Of a stretch of 33,458 nt of DNA, positions 24,286 through 32,073 are shown one piece after another. The DNA is taken from NCBI GenBank assembly GCA_044450485.1, contig JBIOJD010000001.1, forward strand, positions 1 to 33,458, in the 5' to 3' direction. Within the stretch, counting starts at the first letter, position 1. Every line of letters begins with the position of its first letter. Position numbers and translations under genes: made by a program. Source of the DNA: Polyangiales bacterium (lineage in GTDB: Bacteria > Myxococcota_A > Polyangia > Polyangiales > JAFGIB01). The notes beneath the pieces were generated by a model that saw only the letters and a list, made by a program, of their open reading frames with translations, was not told the origin of the DNA and searched no databases.

Positions 24286-24828
24286 TCATCTCCTCATGTT
24301 GCCGGAGCGGAGCGTCGTGACGTAGGTGCCTCGCGGCCAGTGGCGGTAGTACTCGGCCCGGATGATGGGCCCGCCACGGTCGTCGTACTCGGTCATGACG
24401 TGGCCGTAGACTTTGACCAGCGAGCCTGCGTACAGCCGATCGCGACCATCACGGTCCTCGCCGCGCAGAGTCACGAGCGCGCTGAACGGCCCGCCGGCTT
24501 TGTCGGAGATCGTCACGCGGCAGGAGCTGTCGAACTGATCGCTGCACAGGTGTCGGTCCTGATGAAAGTGTAGGCTCATCACGATCCGGCTCTGACCGGC
24601 CGCAGCGGGCTGCACGTCCTCGACCAAACCGAACCACGCGATGAGCTCCTGCTGGTGGCTGGAGGGATCGCGGCGGACTTCTTCGTAGCCCGGGTCGACA
24701 CCCTTCTCGAGGTAGGCGCCTTCATCGGAGGCGGGCACGTACTGCGGGGCGTAACCGTAGGGATTGCCGCCGCACGCGCTCAGCAGCAGGGGCAGCGCGC
24801 TCAGCAGAGATGGGATCGGGCTGCGCAT
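24286..24828 (-). CDS. Outer-membrane lipoprotein, Slp-like
   Basis: Internal ATG at 24828 of track ORF 24286..25344. The lipobox is LLLSAC|G. The OB-fold-like core (IAWFGLVEDV...RIVMSL...FSALVTLRGE...YAGSLVKVYGHV...IIRAEYYRHW) resembles the Slp family organisation. Confidence 0.45.
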   Translation of the reverse strand: MRSPIPSLLSALPLLLSACGGNPYGYAPQYVPASDEGAYLEKGVDPGYEEVRRDPSSHQQELIAWFGLVEDVQPAAAGQSRIVMSLHFHQDRHLCSDQFDSSCRVTISDKAGGPFSALVTLRGEDRDGRDRLYAGSLVKVYGHVMTEYDDRGGPIIRAEYYRHWPRGTYVTTLRSGNMRR

Positions 24829-24884
24829 GGCAGCGAGTTGTACAGCGTTGCGCCGCGCTTTTCGAGGGGGGACCTTCGCCGACG

Positions 24885-25997
24885 TCAGGCGCGGGGCGAC
24901 GTGCGGTCCGACTTCTTCGGGGTGGCTGCTGCGGCTTCGGGCTCCGCAAGCAAGCTCTCCGGTGCGGTCACGAAACGCTCGAGCTCCGTCGCCACGCGGC
25001 GCAGGTATGCCTGCTTGATGTGGAACGGCAGAAACGCCGATTTGAAGCCGCTGAGGATGATGCGCGAGATGTCCCGGGGCTCGAGACCCATCTGGCTGTG
25101 GCACAGCCACAGCTCGCGGCTCGCGGTGGTGTCGGTGATCAAGCGGTTGTCGGTGTTCACGGTCACGCGCACGCCGAGGTCGTGATAGAGCTTGAGTGGG
25201 TGCGTGGCGAGCGACGGCACCGCGCCGGTCTGCACGTTCGACGACGGGCAGAGCTCGAGCGGGATGCGGTGATCGATGATGTAGTGCAACAGGTCGCCGT
25301 CCTCGCGCAACCTGCAGCCGTGACCGATGCGGTGCGCGCCGCACACGTGCAGCGCCTGCGCGATCGATTCCGGGCCGAAGGCTTCACCGGCGTGAATCGT
25401 GCACGCGATGTTGTTGTTGCGGATGAGCTGGAACGCGTCTTTGTGATGCTTTGCCGGATGATCGTACTCCGCGCCGGCGAGATCGAAACCGACCACGCCG
25501 CGGTTCTTGTACGCCACGGCCAGACGCGCCATGTCGAGCGAAGATTCGGGCGAGATGTTGCGAATGCCGCAGATGATGACGTTCGACTCGATGCCATGGT
25601 CTTGATAGGCCTGCCGTAGGCCTGCGAGCACCGCTTCGACCACGGCCACGAGCCGCAGCCCCTTGCGCAGGTGCAGCATGGGCGAGTAGCGCACCTCCAT
25701 GTAGCGCACATTCTCTTCGGCTGCGTCCTCGGCCAGCTCGTAGGCGCTGCGGTAGAGCGCGTCCTCGGTCTGGAGCACGGCCAGCGTGATGTCGAACGCC
25801 TTCAGGTACTCGAGCAGCGAGCCAGTGTTTTCACCACAATGCATCGCTCGGCGCAGACCGTCGGGATTGTCCGCGGGCAGCTTCACGCCTTGCTGGTCGG
25901 CCAGCTCCAGCATGCTGCGCAAGCGCAGCGATCCATCGAGATGTACGTGCAGGTCGGTCTTCGGAAGCTGCTGGAATACCGCGAGCGGAAGCGTCAT
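24885..25997 (-). CDS. add: Adenosine deaminase
   Basis: LPKTDLHVHLDGSL, GVVGFDLAGAE, CTIHAGEA, RIGHGCRL and VTVNTDN are the canonical metal-binding and catalytic blocks. There is a short A/P/E-rich C-terminal tail. Confidence 0.9.
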   Translation of the reverse strand: MTLPLAVFQQLPKTDLHVHLDGSLRLRSMLELADQQGVKLPADNPDGLRRAMHCGENTGSLLEYLKAFDITLAVLQTEDALYRSAYELAEDAAEENVRYMEVRYSPMLHLRKGLRLVAVVEAVLAGLRQAYQDHGIESNVIICGIRNISPESSLDMARLAVAYKNRGVVGFDLAGAEYDHPAKHHKDAFQLIRNNNIACTIHAGEAFGPESIAQALHVCGAHRIGHGCRLREDGDLLHYIIDHRIPLELCPSSNVQTGAVPSLATHPLKLYHDLGVRVTVNTDNRLITDTTASRELWLCHSQMGLEPRDISRIILSGFKSAFLPFHIKQAYLRRVATELERFVTAPESLLAEPEAAAATPKKSDRTSPRA

Positions 25998-26055
25998 GCC
26001 TCAGCATAGCGCGAGCGCGGACCGATCGCAGGCCCTCACCGCAAGCGCGCCCGCG

Positions 26056-26940
26056 TCAAGAAGCGGGGTAACCGAGCTTGCGAAGGACTTCGTCGAGCTC
26101 CGAGCTCGCGACGCTCACGACCGTGGGCATGCCGCCTTCGAGATCGAGCAACGCGAGCAGGTCCACGCCGCTGTCGAAACGCGCGGCGACGGTCACGGTC
26201 GATGTGTCGCTCACCACCGACAACCGCGCGCGTTCCTGACCCAACATCAAGAGCAGCGTCTTGTCGTACGGTTGCGCGCTCTCGGGCACGCGCACGAACG
26301 CGATGTCGCCCCGCACCTCGAACTCGGCGGCCAAGCGCCGCGCCGCATCTTCGCGCGGCCGCAACTCGTCGGCGGCGCTCTCGATCGCGCGAAACTGCTC
26401 GCGGTCGCCGGCGCCGTGCACGAGGAAGCGCACGATCAGCCCACGCATCCCGTCGTCGCGCATGCGCGCGCGCAACGCGCGGTCGATCACCACGGCGCGC
26501 TCGCTCGGTTGGCCCATGCGCGTGTCGATCGCGCGCGCGTCGTCGTCGGCGCCTTCATATGGTTCCACCCCGGCACGAATCCACTTGGCCGCGGAGCACA
26601 AGCCGTCGAAATCGGTGTGGCAACAGATGGTGTCGACCGGGCCCACGCGTTCGACGAGATCGGGTGTGATCATTTCCGGGCACGCGCCGTGCTCCGCCTT
26701 GGTGCACAGCACGTAGCGCGGGTCGTCCGCGTGCTTGGCGTGCATCACGTGGTCATGGTGGTCGACCCAGACCGCGAGCCGCGGCCCGAGCCCCGCGATG
26801 AAGGGCGCCGTGACCTTGTCATAAGTCGCTCCGCCCGCGCCGGCAGCAAACGCGATGTCGAGCACGGCCACGCGCCCGACGAGCTCGCGCGGCTTGGGCA
26901 GCTTGCGCGGCGTGCCGAAGGCAATGTGCGGCATCCCCAT
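26056..26940 (-). CDS. Hypothetical protein with His/Asp-rich (DHH-like) motifs, last gene of the ABC/GldG operon
   Basis: The track start at 26985 is TTG, so I prefer the ATG at 26940 (or at 26934). Motifs VAVLDIAF, VWVDHHDH and CCHTDFDGLCSAAKW recall DHH phosphoesterase motifs, but their order differs from classical DHH/NrnA proteins. Confidence 0.45.
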   Translation of the reverse strand: MGMPHIAFGTPRKLPKPRELVGRVAVLDIAFAAGAGGATYDKVTAPFIAGLGPRLAVWVDHHDHVMHAKHADDPRYVLCTKAEHGACPEMITPDLVERVGPVDTICCHTDFDGLCSAAKWIRAGVEPYEGADDDARAIDTRMGQPSERAVVIDRALRARMRDDGMRGLIVRFLVHGAGDREQFRAIESAADELRPREDAARRLAAEFEVRGDIAFVRVPESAQPYDKTLLLMLGQERARLSVVSDTSTVTVAARFDSGVDLLALLDLEGGMPTVVSVASSELDEVLRKLGYPAS

Positions 26941-26991
26941 CTCGATCTCGACCGCTACCTTGGGCGCACGACCGCGGCAACGCAAGGGGCA

Positions 26992-28377
26992 TCAATGTGG
27001 CGCAAGCGGATGTGGCGCGAGCGGATGCGGAGCGACGGGCGCGGGAGCCTTGGGAGCAGGACCAGGCTGTGCGGGAGGCTTCGATTGCGGTCCTCTAGCT
27101 GCGCCGTGCGGCGAAGGTGCGGCGGTGCTCTTGGCCTCGGTCGGCGCGGGGAACGAAGTTTTGTCGGAGGAAGACTTCGATTGCGCGGATGCGGCCGCTG
27201 TGTCCTCGGCGCCTACGACCAACGCGGCATCGTCTTCGACTTGCTTGGCCAGCGAATCGTACATCGTGACCCAACGATGCGTGGCCTCGGTGCGGGCGTA
27301 GTAGAAGTTGCCTTGCGCAGTGTCGACGCGCACGAGCTCGAGCGTGCCCTTCTTCTTGCCTTCGAGCACGTAGTCGATGGTGAGCACGGGCGTGCTGCCG
27401 GTCGCGTCGATCTGCAGATCGCTGCCTGGCTCTTTGCCGGGATCGAGGAAGCTCTTCGCACGCATGTGCTCGAGCCGCTGGAACCAGTTGCCGAACAGCT
27501 CGTTGCGCTTGTCGGGCGCGGCGGAGTCCACCCAGCGCGCGTCCTCTGGGTTCAAGCGGTTGCGGTGCAGCAGCTTGCGCTGCTTGCCACCCACTTTGAC
27601 CACGGTCTCGTCGACCTCGCTCAGCGGGAAGTTGTGCAGGTCGGTCTGCATGAACTTGAACTGTGCAGATTCGAGGTCCATCACCATCTGGCCGTTGAGC
27701 AGATAGACCTGCTTGGTCTTCGGATCGCGCACGTACTGATCCGCGAGGCCGTAGGTGCGGCCGCCCACGTCGAGCGCGAGCTTGCGCCCGGCGCAGGTCA
27801 TGCGCAGGTACGTGCCGACCTTGTCGAGGCCGAAGTCAGCGAGCTGCTTGTCGGGAACCTTGCCCACGCTGCGCATCGCGCGCAGCGGGGCGAGCGTCTG
27901 CAAGCGTTCGAGGAACTTCGGGCTCGCGAGAAAGTTCACGGGCGCGTCCGGATCGTAGGCCCGAGGCTGCTTGGGCTTCTCGGGCGTCGCGGGCTTCTCG
28001 GGCGTCGCGGGCTTCTCGGGCTCCGGCTTCTTCTCGGCGGCCGCGCTCGCTGGTTTGGTCTCGGTCTTGGCCGCCTTGTCGGTCGCCGCTGCGGGTTTCG
28101 TCGCCGATGCCTCGTCCTTCTTGGCCTCGTCCTTCTTGATGGTGTCCTTGCGGTGGGTCGTCACCCAGTAGGCGATGCCGTCCTTGCCTTTTTCGGCCTT
28201 GATCGCGACGGTGTGCGTGGGCGATTCGACGTCGATCGTCGACACCTCGCTCGCCGGGCACTCCATGATCGCGACCTCGCCGAGCACGGGCTCGTCTTTT
28301 TCTTCGCGCGTGTAGGTCTGATACGCGAAAGCGAGCCCGAGCGCAGCGAGCAACGCGTGTGCGATGACCGCTCTCAT
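26992..28377 (-). CDS. DUF4340-like protein with an internal K/E/P/A/T-rich linker
   Basis: The internal ATG at 28377 overlaps the stop of the GldG-like gene (ATGA). It has an N-terminal TM/signal (MRAVIAHALLAALGLAFA), and its position after the GldG-like gene is typical of DUF4340. It contains PEKPAT repeats and a C-terminal APHPL repeat. Confidence 0.55.
   Translation of the reverse strand: MRAVIAHALLAALGLAFAYQTYTREEKDEPVLGEVAIMECPASEVSTIDVESPTHTVAIKAEKGKDGIAYWVTTHRKDTIKKDEAKKDEASATKPAAATDKAAKTETKPASAAAEKKPEPEKPATPEKPATPEKPKQPRAYDPDAPVNFLASPKFLERLQTLAPLRAMRSVGKVPDKQLADFGLDKVGTYLRMTCAGRKLALDVGGRTYGLADQYVRDPKTKQVYLLNGQMVMDLESAQFKFMQTDLHNFPLSEVDETVVKVGGKQRKLLHRNRLNPEDARWVDSAAPDKRNELFGNWFQRLEHMRAKSFLDPGKEPGSDLQIDATGSTPVLTIDYVLEGKKKGTLELVRVDTAQGNFYYARTEATHRWVTMYDSLAKQVEDDAALVVGAEDTAAASAQSKSSSDKTSFPAPTEAKSTAAPSPHGAARGPQSKPPAQPGPAPKAPAPVAPHPLAPHPLAPH
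26995..27039. repeat. In-frame 15-bp tandem repeat (three units) at the 3-prime end of the DUF4340-like gene
   Basis: The units are atgtggcgcaagcgg / atgtggcgcgagcgg / atgcggagcgacggg. On the minus strand they encode ...PHPLAPHPLAPH*. Confidence 0.6.
27973..28021. repeat. In-frame 18-bp tandem repeat (about 2.7 units) inside the DUF4340-like gene
   Basis: gggcttctcgggcgtcgc occurs twice perfectly, followed by a partial third unit. On the minus strand it encodes the PEKPATPEKPATPEKP linker. Confidence 0.7.
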
Positions 28378-30242
28378 GCCTTCTTCTCCGCGCGGCGCCG
28401 GCGACGACGCGCCACCATCAGGCCTCCGAACAAGATCGGCGCCGGCATCAGGAACGTGGTGGCGTAGAACCAGACCTTGTCCTGCTCGCGGCTGTGCTCG
28501 ATCGCGATGTCTTCCTCCGAGCTGGTCTCGCCGGTGAGGTCCTCGTTGCCGATCAGCCACGCGAGCGAGTCTACGAACACGAGCACGTTGCCGTTGTTGG
28601 CGGCGACCTTGTTGGTCATGAAGTCGCCGTCGCCCACGATCACGGCGCGACCCTCGATTGGCGTGACGCTCTTGTCGCTAGCCTCGCCGAGCGTCACGGC
28701 CGCGATCAGGTTGAGCGTCTCGATGGGCTCGTTCGCATCGTGCTTGAAGTTGCCGTCGAGATCGCGCCAGAACTGCGGCTCGCTGTGCAGCGGGAACGTC
28801 ACTTTGGGCTTGGGCTCGACCTTGGCGTTGCTCTGCTTCAGCCCCGCAGCGTTGACCAGCACCGTCGCCACCTCGCGCTGGTGCCGGCTCGCGGTGGTGA
28901 CGATCGGGTGCGCGCTGTAGAGGTTGCTGAAGATCGCGCCGCGGTCGCTGTCGTTGTAGTTGTGCGCCATGTGATAGGTGTCGCTGACCGCGATGCCGGG
29001 CAACAGCTCCACGCCGAGCCCCTCGAGCAGCGGGCTCAGCCCGACGTCTTTGTCGGGATCGAGCATCAGCAACAACTTGCCGCCCTTGCGCGCGTACGCG
29101 AGCAGCGTGTTTGCCTCTTCGGGCATGAACTTCTCGCTCGGGCCCACGATCATCACCGCGCTCGCGGTGGGCGGTACGAGCGTGCCGAGGCCGTCGGCCA
29201 GGCCAATGTCCTGCGTCTTCAGGTTGAGCCGCCGCAGGATCTCGTCCATCGTGCTGGTGCCATCTTCGGCCTTCTGCTCGGTCGCCTTCCCGTTGTGCTC
29301 GCCGTGGCCCACCGTGACGTAAAGCGTGCGCTCGGGTCGCACGAGCTTGCGGAAGCTCTGCTGGAACGTCCCGTCGAGCTTGCGCAGGGTGGCGCGCGCC
29401 TCGGTCAAGTCGTTGCCCACGTGGAACGACTCGGCCTTGGTCTTGTCGGCCTCGCCCTGGACCAAGAGCACTTCACCGTTATCGCGGACCTTGTGCTTGG
29501 TCGCGAGCGCCGGCGCGAGCGCGACGTCGATCACCTGGACCTTGAGCTTCTTGCTCGATGACTGTAGTGCCTCGAAATACGGCTTGACCTGGCCGACCAC
29601 GTCGCTGCCCTGACGGAAGAAGAGCAGCACCCGCATCGGCTGGTCGAGTTTCGCGATCATGCTGCGCGTGCTGCCGCTCGGCTGCGTGGTGCGGAAGTAC
29701 GACACGTCCTTGCGCACGTCGCGCGCAGTCGCGATGTAGTTCACGCACAGCAGAAACACGATCGACAGGCCGAGGGTGAGACCGGCGTGGAGCGCCGCAC
29801 GCACGCGCCGCAGCTCGACCGATGCTGCTATGGGCATGCGCAGGTACACGAGCTCCATGAACAGAATCGCGGACAAAGACACCGCCATCGCCGTGAGCCA
29901 GAGCGCCGTGAGCACGGCCGACGCGCGCGTCGCGGCTTGGCTCTGCAGCCCGAGCTTGCCGAGGCCCCATTCGGTCGAGAACGCATAGAGCAGAAGGCTC
30001 ACGCCCACGCCCGCGTACGCGCCGAGCAGCCGGCTCTCGACGCCGCGCACGTCGCCGTTCGCAAAGGCCCAGGCTCGGGCGCGCAGCGCGCCGGCCACGA
30101 GCAACAGGCCGAGGCCGGAATAGCCGACGAGGTCGTGAGCGCGCCCTTCGCCGAGGATGCGCTGGCCGACGAAGACGGCGCACAGGCCGGTCAGCAACAA
30201 GCCGGTCGCGAGCAAGCTCGATGTCTTCTTCGAGTCGCTCAT
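28374..30242 (-). CDS. GldG-like ABC-transporter auxiliary protein with an added polytopic N-terminal domain
   Basis: The internal ATG at 30242 overlaps the permease stop (ATGA). About five hydrophobic helices occupy the first ~200 aa. A GldG-type body follows (DVSYFRTTQPSGSTRSMIAKLDQPMRVLLFF..., LLMLDPD, AVIVGDGDFMTN), then a C-terminal TM helix with an RRRRRR anchor. Confidence 0.7.
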   Translation of the reverse strand: MSDSKKTSSLLATGLLLTGLCAVFVGQRILGEGRAHDLVGYSGLGLLLVAGALRARAWAFANGDVRGVESRLLGAYAGVGVSLLLYAFSTEWGLGKLGLQSQAATRASAVLTALWLTAMAVSLSAILFMELVYLRMPIAASVELRRVRAALHAGLTLGLSIVFLLCVNYIATARDVRKDVSYFRTTQPSGSTRSMIAKLDQPMRVLLFFRQGSDVVGQVKPYFEALQSSSKKLKVQVIDVALAPALATKHKVRDNGEVLLVQGEADKTKAESFHVGNDLTEARATLRKLDGTFQQSFRKLVRPERTLYVTVGHGEHNGKATEQKAEDGTSTMDEILRRLNLKTQDIGLADGLGTLVPPTASAVMIVGPSEKFMPEEANTLLAYARKGGKLLLMLDPDKDVGLSPLLEGLGVELLPGIAVSDTYHMAHNYNDSDRGAIFSNLYSAHPIVTTASRHQREVATVLVNAAGLKQSNAKVEPKPKVTFPLHSEPQFWRDLDGNFKHDANEPIETLNLIAAVTLGEASDKSVTPIEGRAVIVGDGDFMTNKVAANNGNVLVFVDSLAWLIGNEDLTGETSSEEDIAIEHSREQDKVWFYATTFLMPAPILFGGLMVARRRRRRAEKKA

Positions 30243-30964
30243 TGGCCCCTCTGGCTCTGGACCACGCGCGTGGACGCAAGCAGCGCGAGATACACGACCG
30301 AGGCGTAGTAGGCGATGTCGCTGAGCTGCACGAGCCCGTTCATGAACGGGAAGAAGTGCTGCTCGTAGAGCGAGAAGTACGCGACGATCGTGCCGAGCGG
30401 CGGGTCGACCACGCGCGAGAGGCTCCAGCACAAGAACAGCACGAAGATGAAGACGGCCGCGAGCACGCCCGCCATCAGCTGGTTGCGCGCCAAGGCCGAG
30501 CCGAGCACGCCGAGCGAGAGCGTCGCAGCGCCCACGCACAAGAGGCCGAAGTACCCCCCGGCGATGTGGCCGAGGGAGACCTTGCCGTTGACGAAGATCA
30601 ACGCGGGTAAGTACAGGCTGAGCAAGGTGACGATGCTCAGCACGACGAACGCGCTGAGGAACTTGCCGACCACGATCTCGGCCTCGCGCACGGGCGAGGT
30701 GTAGAGCAGCGTGAGCGTGCCGGACTGGCGCTCCTCGGCGAACAAGCGCATCGCCAGCAGCACCGCCGCAACCGTCGTGGTGCCGCTCGAGTCGCGCAGG
30801 AAATCGATCAGCACTTGCGACGAGAGCTTGGCACCGCCGCCGAGCGCGCGGGTGTTGAACAAGAGGCCCTGCACGAGCAGCGTGGCGGCCGCGATCATGT
30901 AGCCGCTCGGCGTGCGCAGATAACCCGCGAGCTCGCGGCGGGCGATGGTCGCCACGTTCTTCAC
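30239..30964 (-). CDS. ABC-2 type transporter permease (GldF-like)
   Basis: 241 aa. The GTG start overlaps the ATPase stop (GTGA). ARRELAGYLRTPSGYMIAA..., EERQSGTLTLLYTSP and six hydrophobic segments are typical of ABC-2 permeases paired with GldA/GldG-like proteins. Confidence 0.75.
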   Translation of the reverse strand: MKNVATIARRELAGYLRTPSGYMIAAATLLVQGLLFNTRALGGGAKLSSQVLIDFLRDSSGTTTVAAVLLAMRLFAEERQSGTLTLLYTSPVREAEIVVGKFLSAFVVLSIVTLLSLYLPALIFVNGKVSLGHIAGGYFGLLCVGAATLSLGVLGSALARNQLMAGVLAAVFIFVLFLCWSLSRVVDPPLGTIVAYFSLYEQHFFPFMNGLVQLSDIAYYASVVYLALLASTRVVQSQRGQ

Positions 30965-31941
30965 GAGGCGGCCCCCGGTGATGCTTGGGCTGCGGGCTTC
31001 TGCGCAGTCGTCGCCGCCCCAGCGCCGCTCAGCTGCAGGAAGATGGCCTCGAGGTCGGTGCTGCGGGTCTGCATGCCGAGCAGGCCCAACCCTGCCTGGA
31101 CGACCGCGCGACTGACTGCTGTCTTTGCGGCGTCGTCGGCGCGCAGCGTGGCCCTGAGCGTGCCGTGTGCCGTGCGTTGAACCGCGAGCTCGGACACGGA
31201 TGACAACTGGGCGAGCGCGTTGCGCAGCGCGCCTTCCTCACCCTCGACCTCGAGCTCGAGCTGGCGGCCGCCGGTGAGCCGCGCGGCCAGCTCCTCCTCG
31301 CTGCCCTCGGCGGCGATGCGGCCCTTGTCCATCATCAGGATGCGGTCGCAGGTGCGTTCGATCTCGCTGAGAATGTGCGTGCTCAGCAAGATGGTGTGCT
31401 CACCGCGCAGCGAGGCGATCAGGTTGCGCATGTCGACGATCTGCACCGGATCGAGCCCCTGAATCGGCTCGTCGAGGATCAGCAGCGAGGGTCCGTGGAT
31501 CACGGCCTGCGCAATCCCGACGCGCTGCCTGTAGCCGTGCGAAAGCGTGCCAATGGGGCTGTCCGCGACCTCCTCGAGGTTGCACTGGCGCAAGGCCCGC
31601 GCGTAGCGCGCGTTGAGGTCGGCGCCGGCGAGGCCGCGGATCCCGCCCGCGAAGTGCAGGTACTCGTCGACCGTCATCTCGAGGTACAGCGGCGGCACAT
31701 CGGGCAGGTAGCCGATCAGCTTGCGAATCGTGTGCGGGCTCTCGACCACGTCCATGCCGCGAACGCGGATGCGTCCCGAGGTCGGGAGCAGCAGACAGCT
31801 CAACAGGCGCAGCGTCGTGCTCTTACCGGCGCCGTTGAGCCCCAAAAAGCCCACGCACTCGCCCTCGCGGATCTCGAAGCTGAGATCGGCCACCGCGCAG
31901 TGCGCTCCGTAGTACTTGGAGACGTTTTCGACGACGATCAT
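30961..31941 (-). CDS. ABC transporter ATP-binding protein (GldA-like)
   Basis: Walker A GLNGAGKST, Q-loop, signature LSHGYRQRVG, Walker B LLILDEP, H-loop STHIL. There is a C-terminal regulatory-like extension. Confidence 0.9.
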   Translation of the reverse strand: MIVVENVSKYYGAHCAVADLSFEIREGECVGFLGLNGAGKSTTLRLLSCLLLPTSGRIRVRGMDVVESPHTIRKLIGYLPDVPPLYLEMTVDEYLHFAGGIRGLAGADLNARYARALRQCNLEEVADSPIGTLSHGYRQRVGIAQAVIHGPSLLILDEPIQGLDPVQIVDMRNLIASLRGEHTILLSTHILSEIERTCDRILMMDKGRIAAEGSEEELAARLTGGRQLELEVEGEEGALRNALAQLSSVSELAVQRTAHGTLRATLRADDAAKTAVSRAVVQAGLGLLGMQTRSTDLEAIFLQLSGAGAATTAQKPAAQASPGAAS

Positions 31942-32073
31942 GAAAGCGACCGGTGAGCTAGCAAACCCGACCCCGTCCAGTCAATCACGGCGGCCCAGGG
32001 GCCCGGTCGCCCGCGTCAACCCACAGCCCACCGGGGCTATTCCACCGGCTCTGTCGCCCTCTACACTGCGCGC

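Noticed and set aside
27973-28021. Short tandem repeats as a possible CRISPR array or minisatellite.
   Set aside because: The units are contiguous with no spacers, only 15-18 bp long, in frame, and lie inside a coding sequence that translates to a proline/lysine-rich linker.
30239-31941. The ABC ATPase plus permease could be the missing CcmA/CcmB heme exporter for the orphan ccmC.
   Set aside because: The permease is an ABC-2 / GldF-like protein. It is followed by GldG-like and DUF4340-like genes with overlapping start and stop codons, which is the signature of the GldA/F/G-type module rather than CcmAB. It also lies about 8 kb from ccmC with unrelated genes in between.
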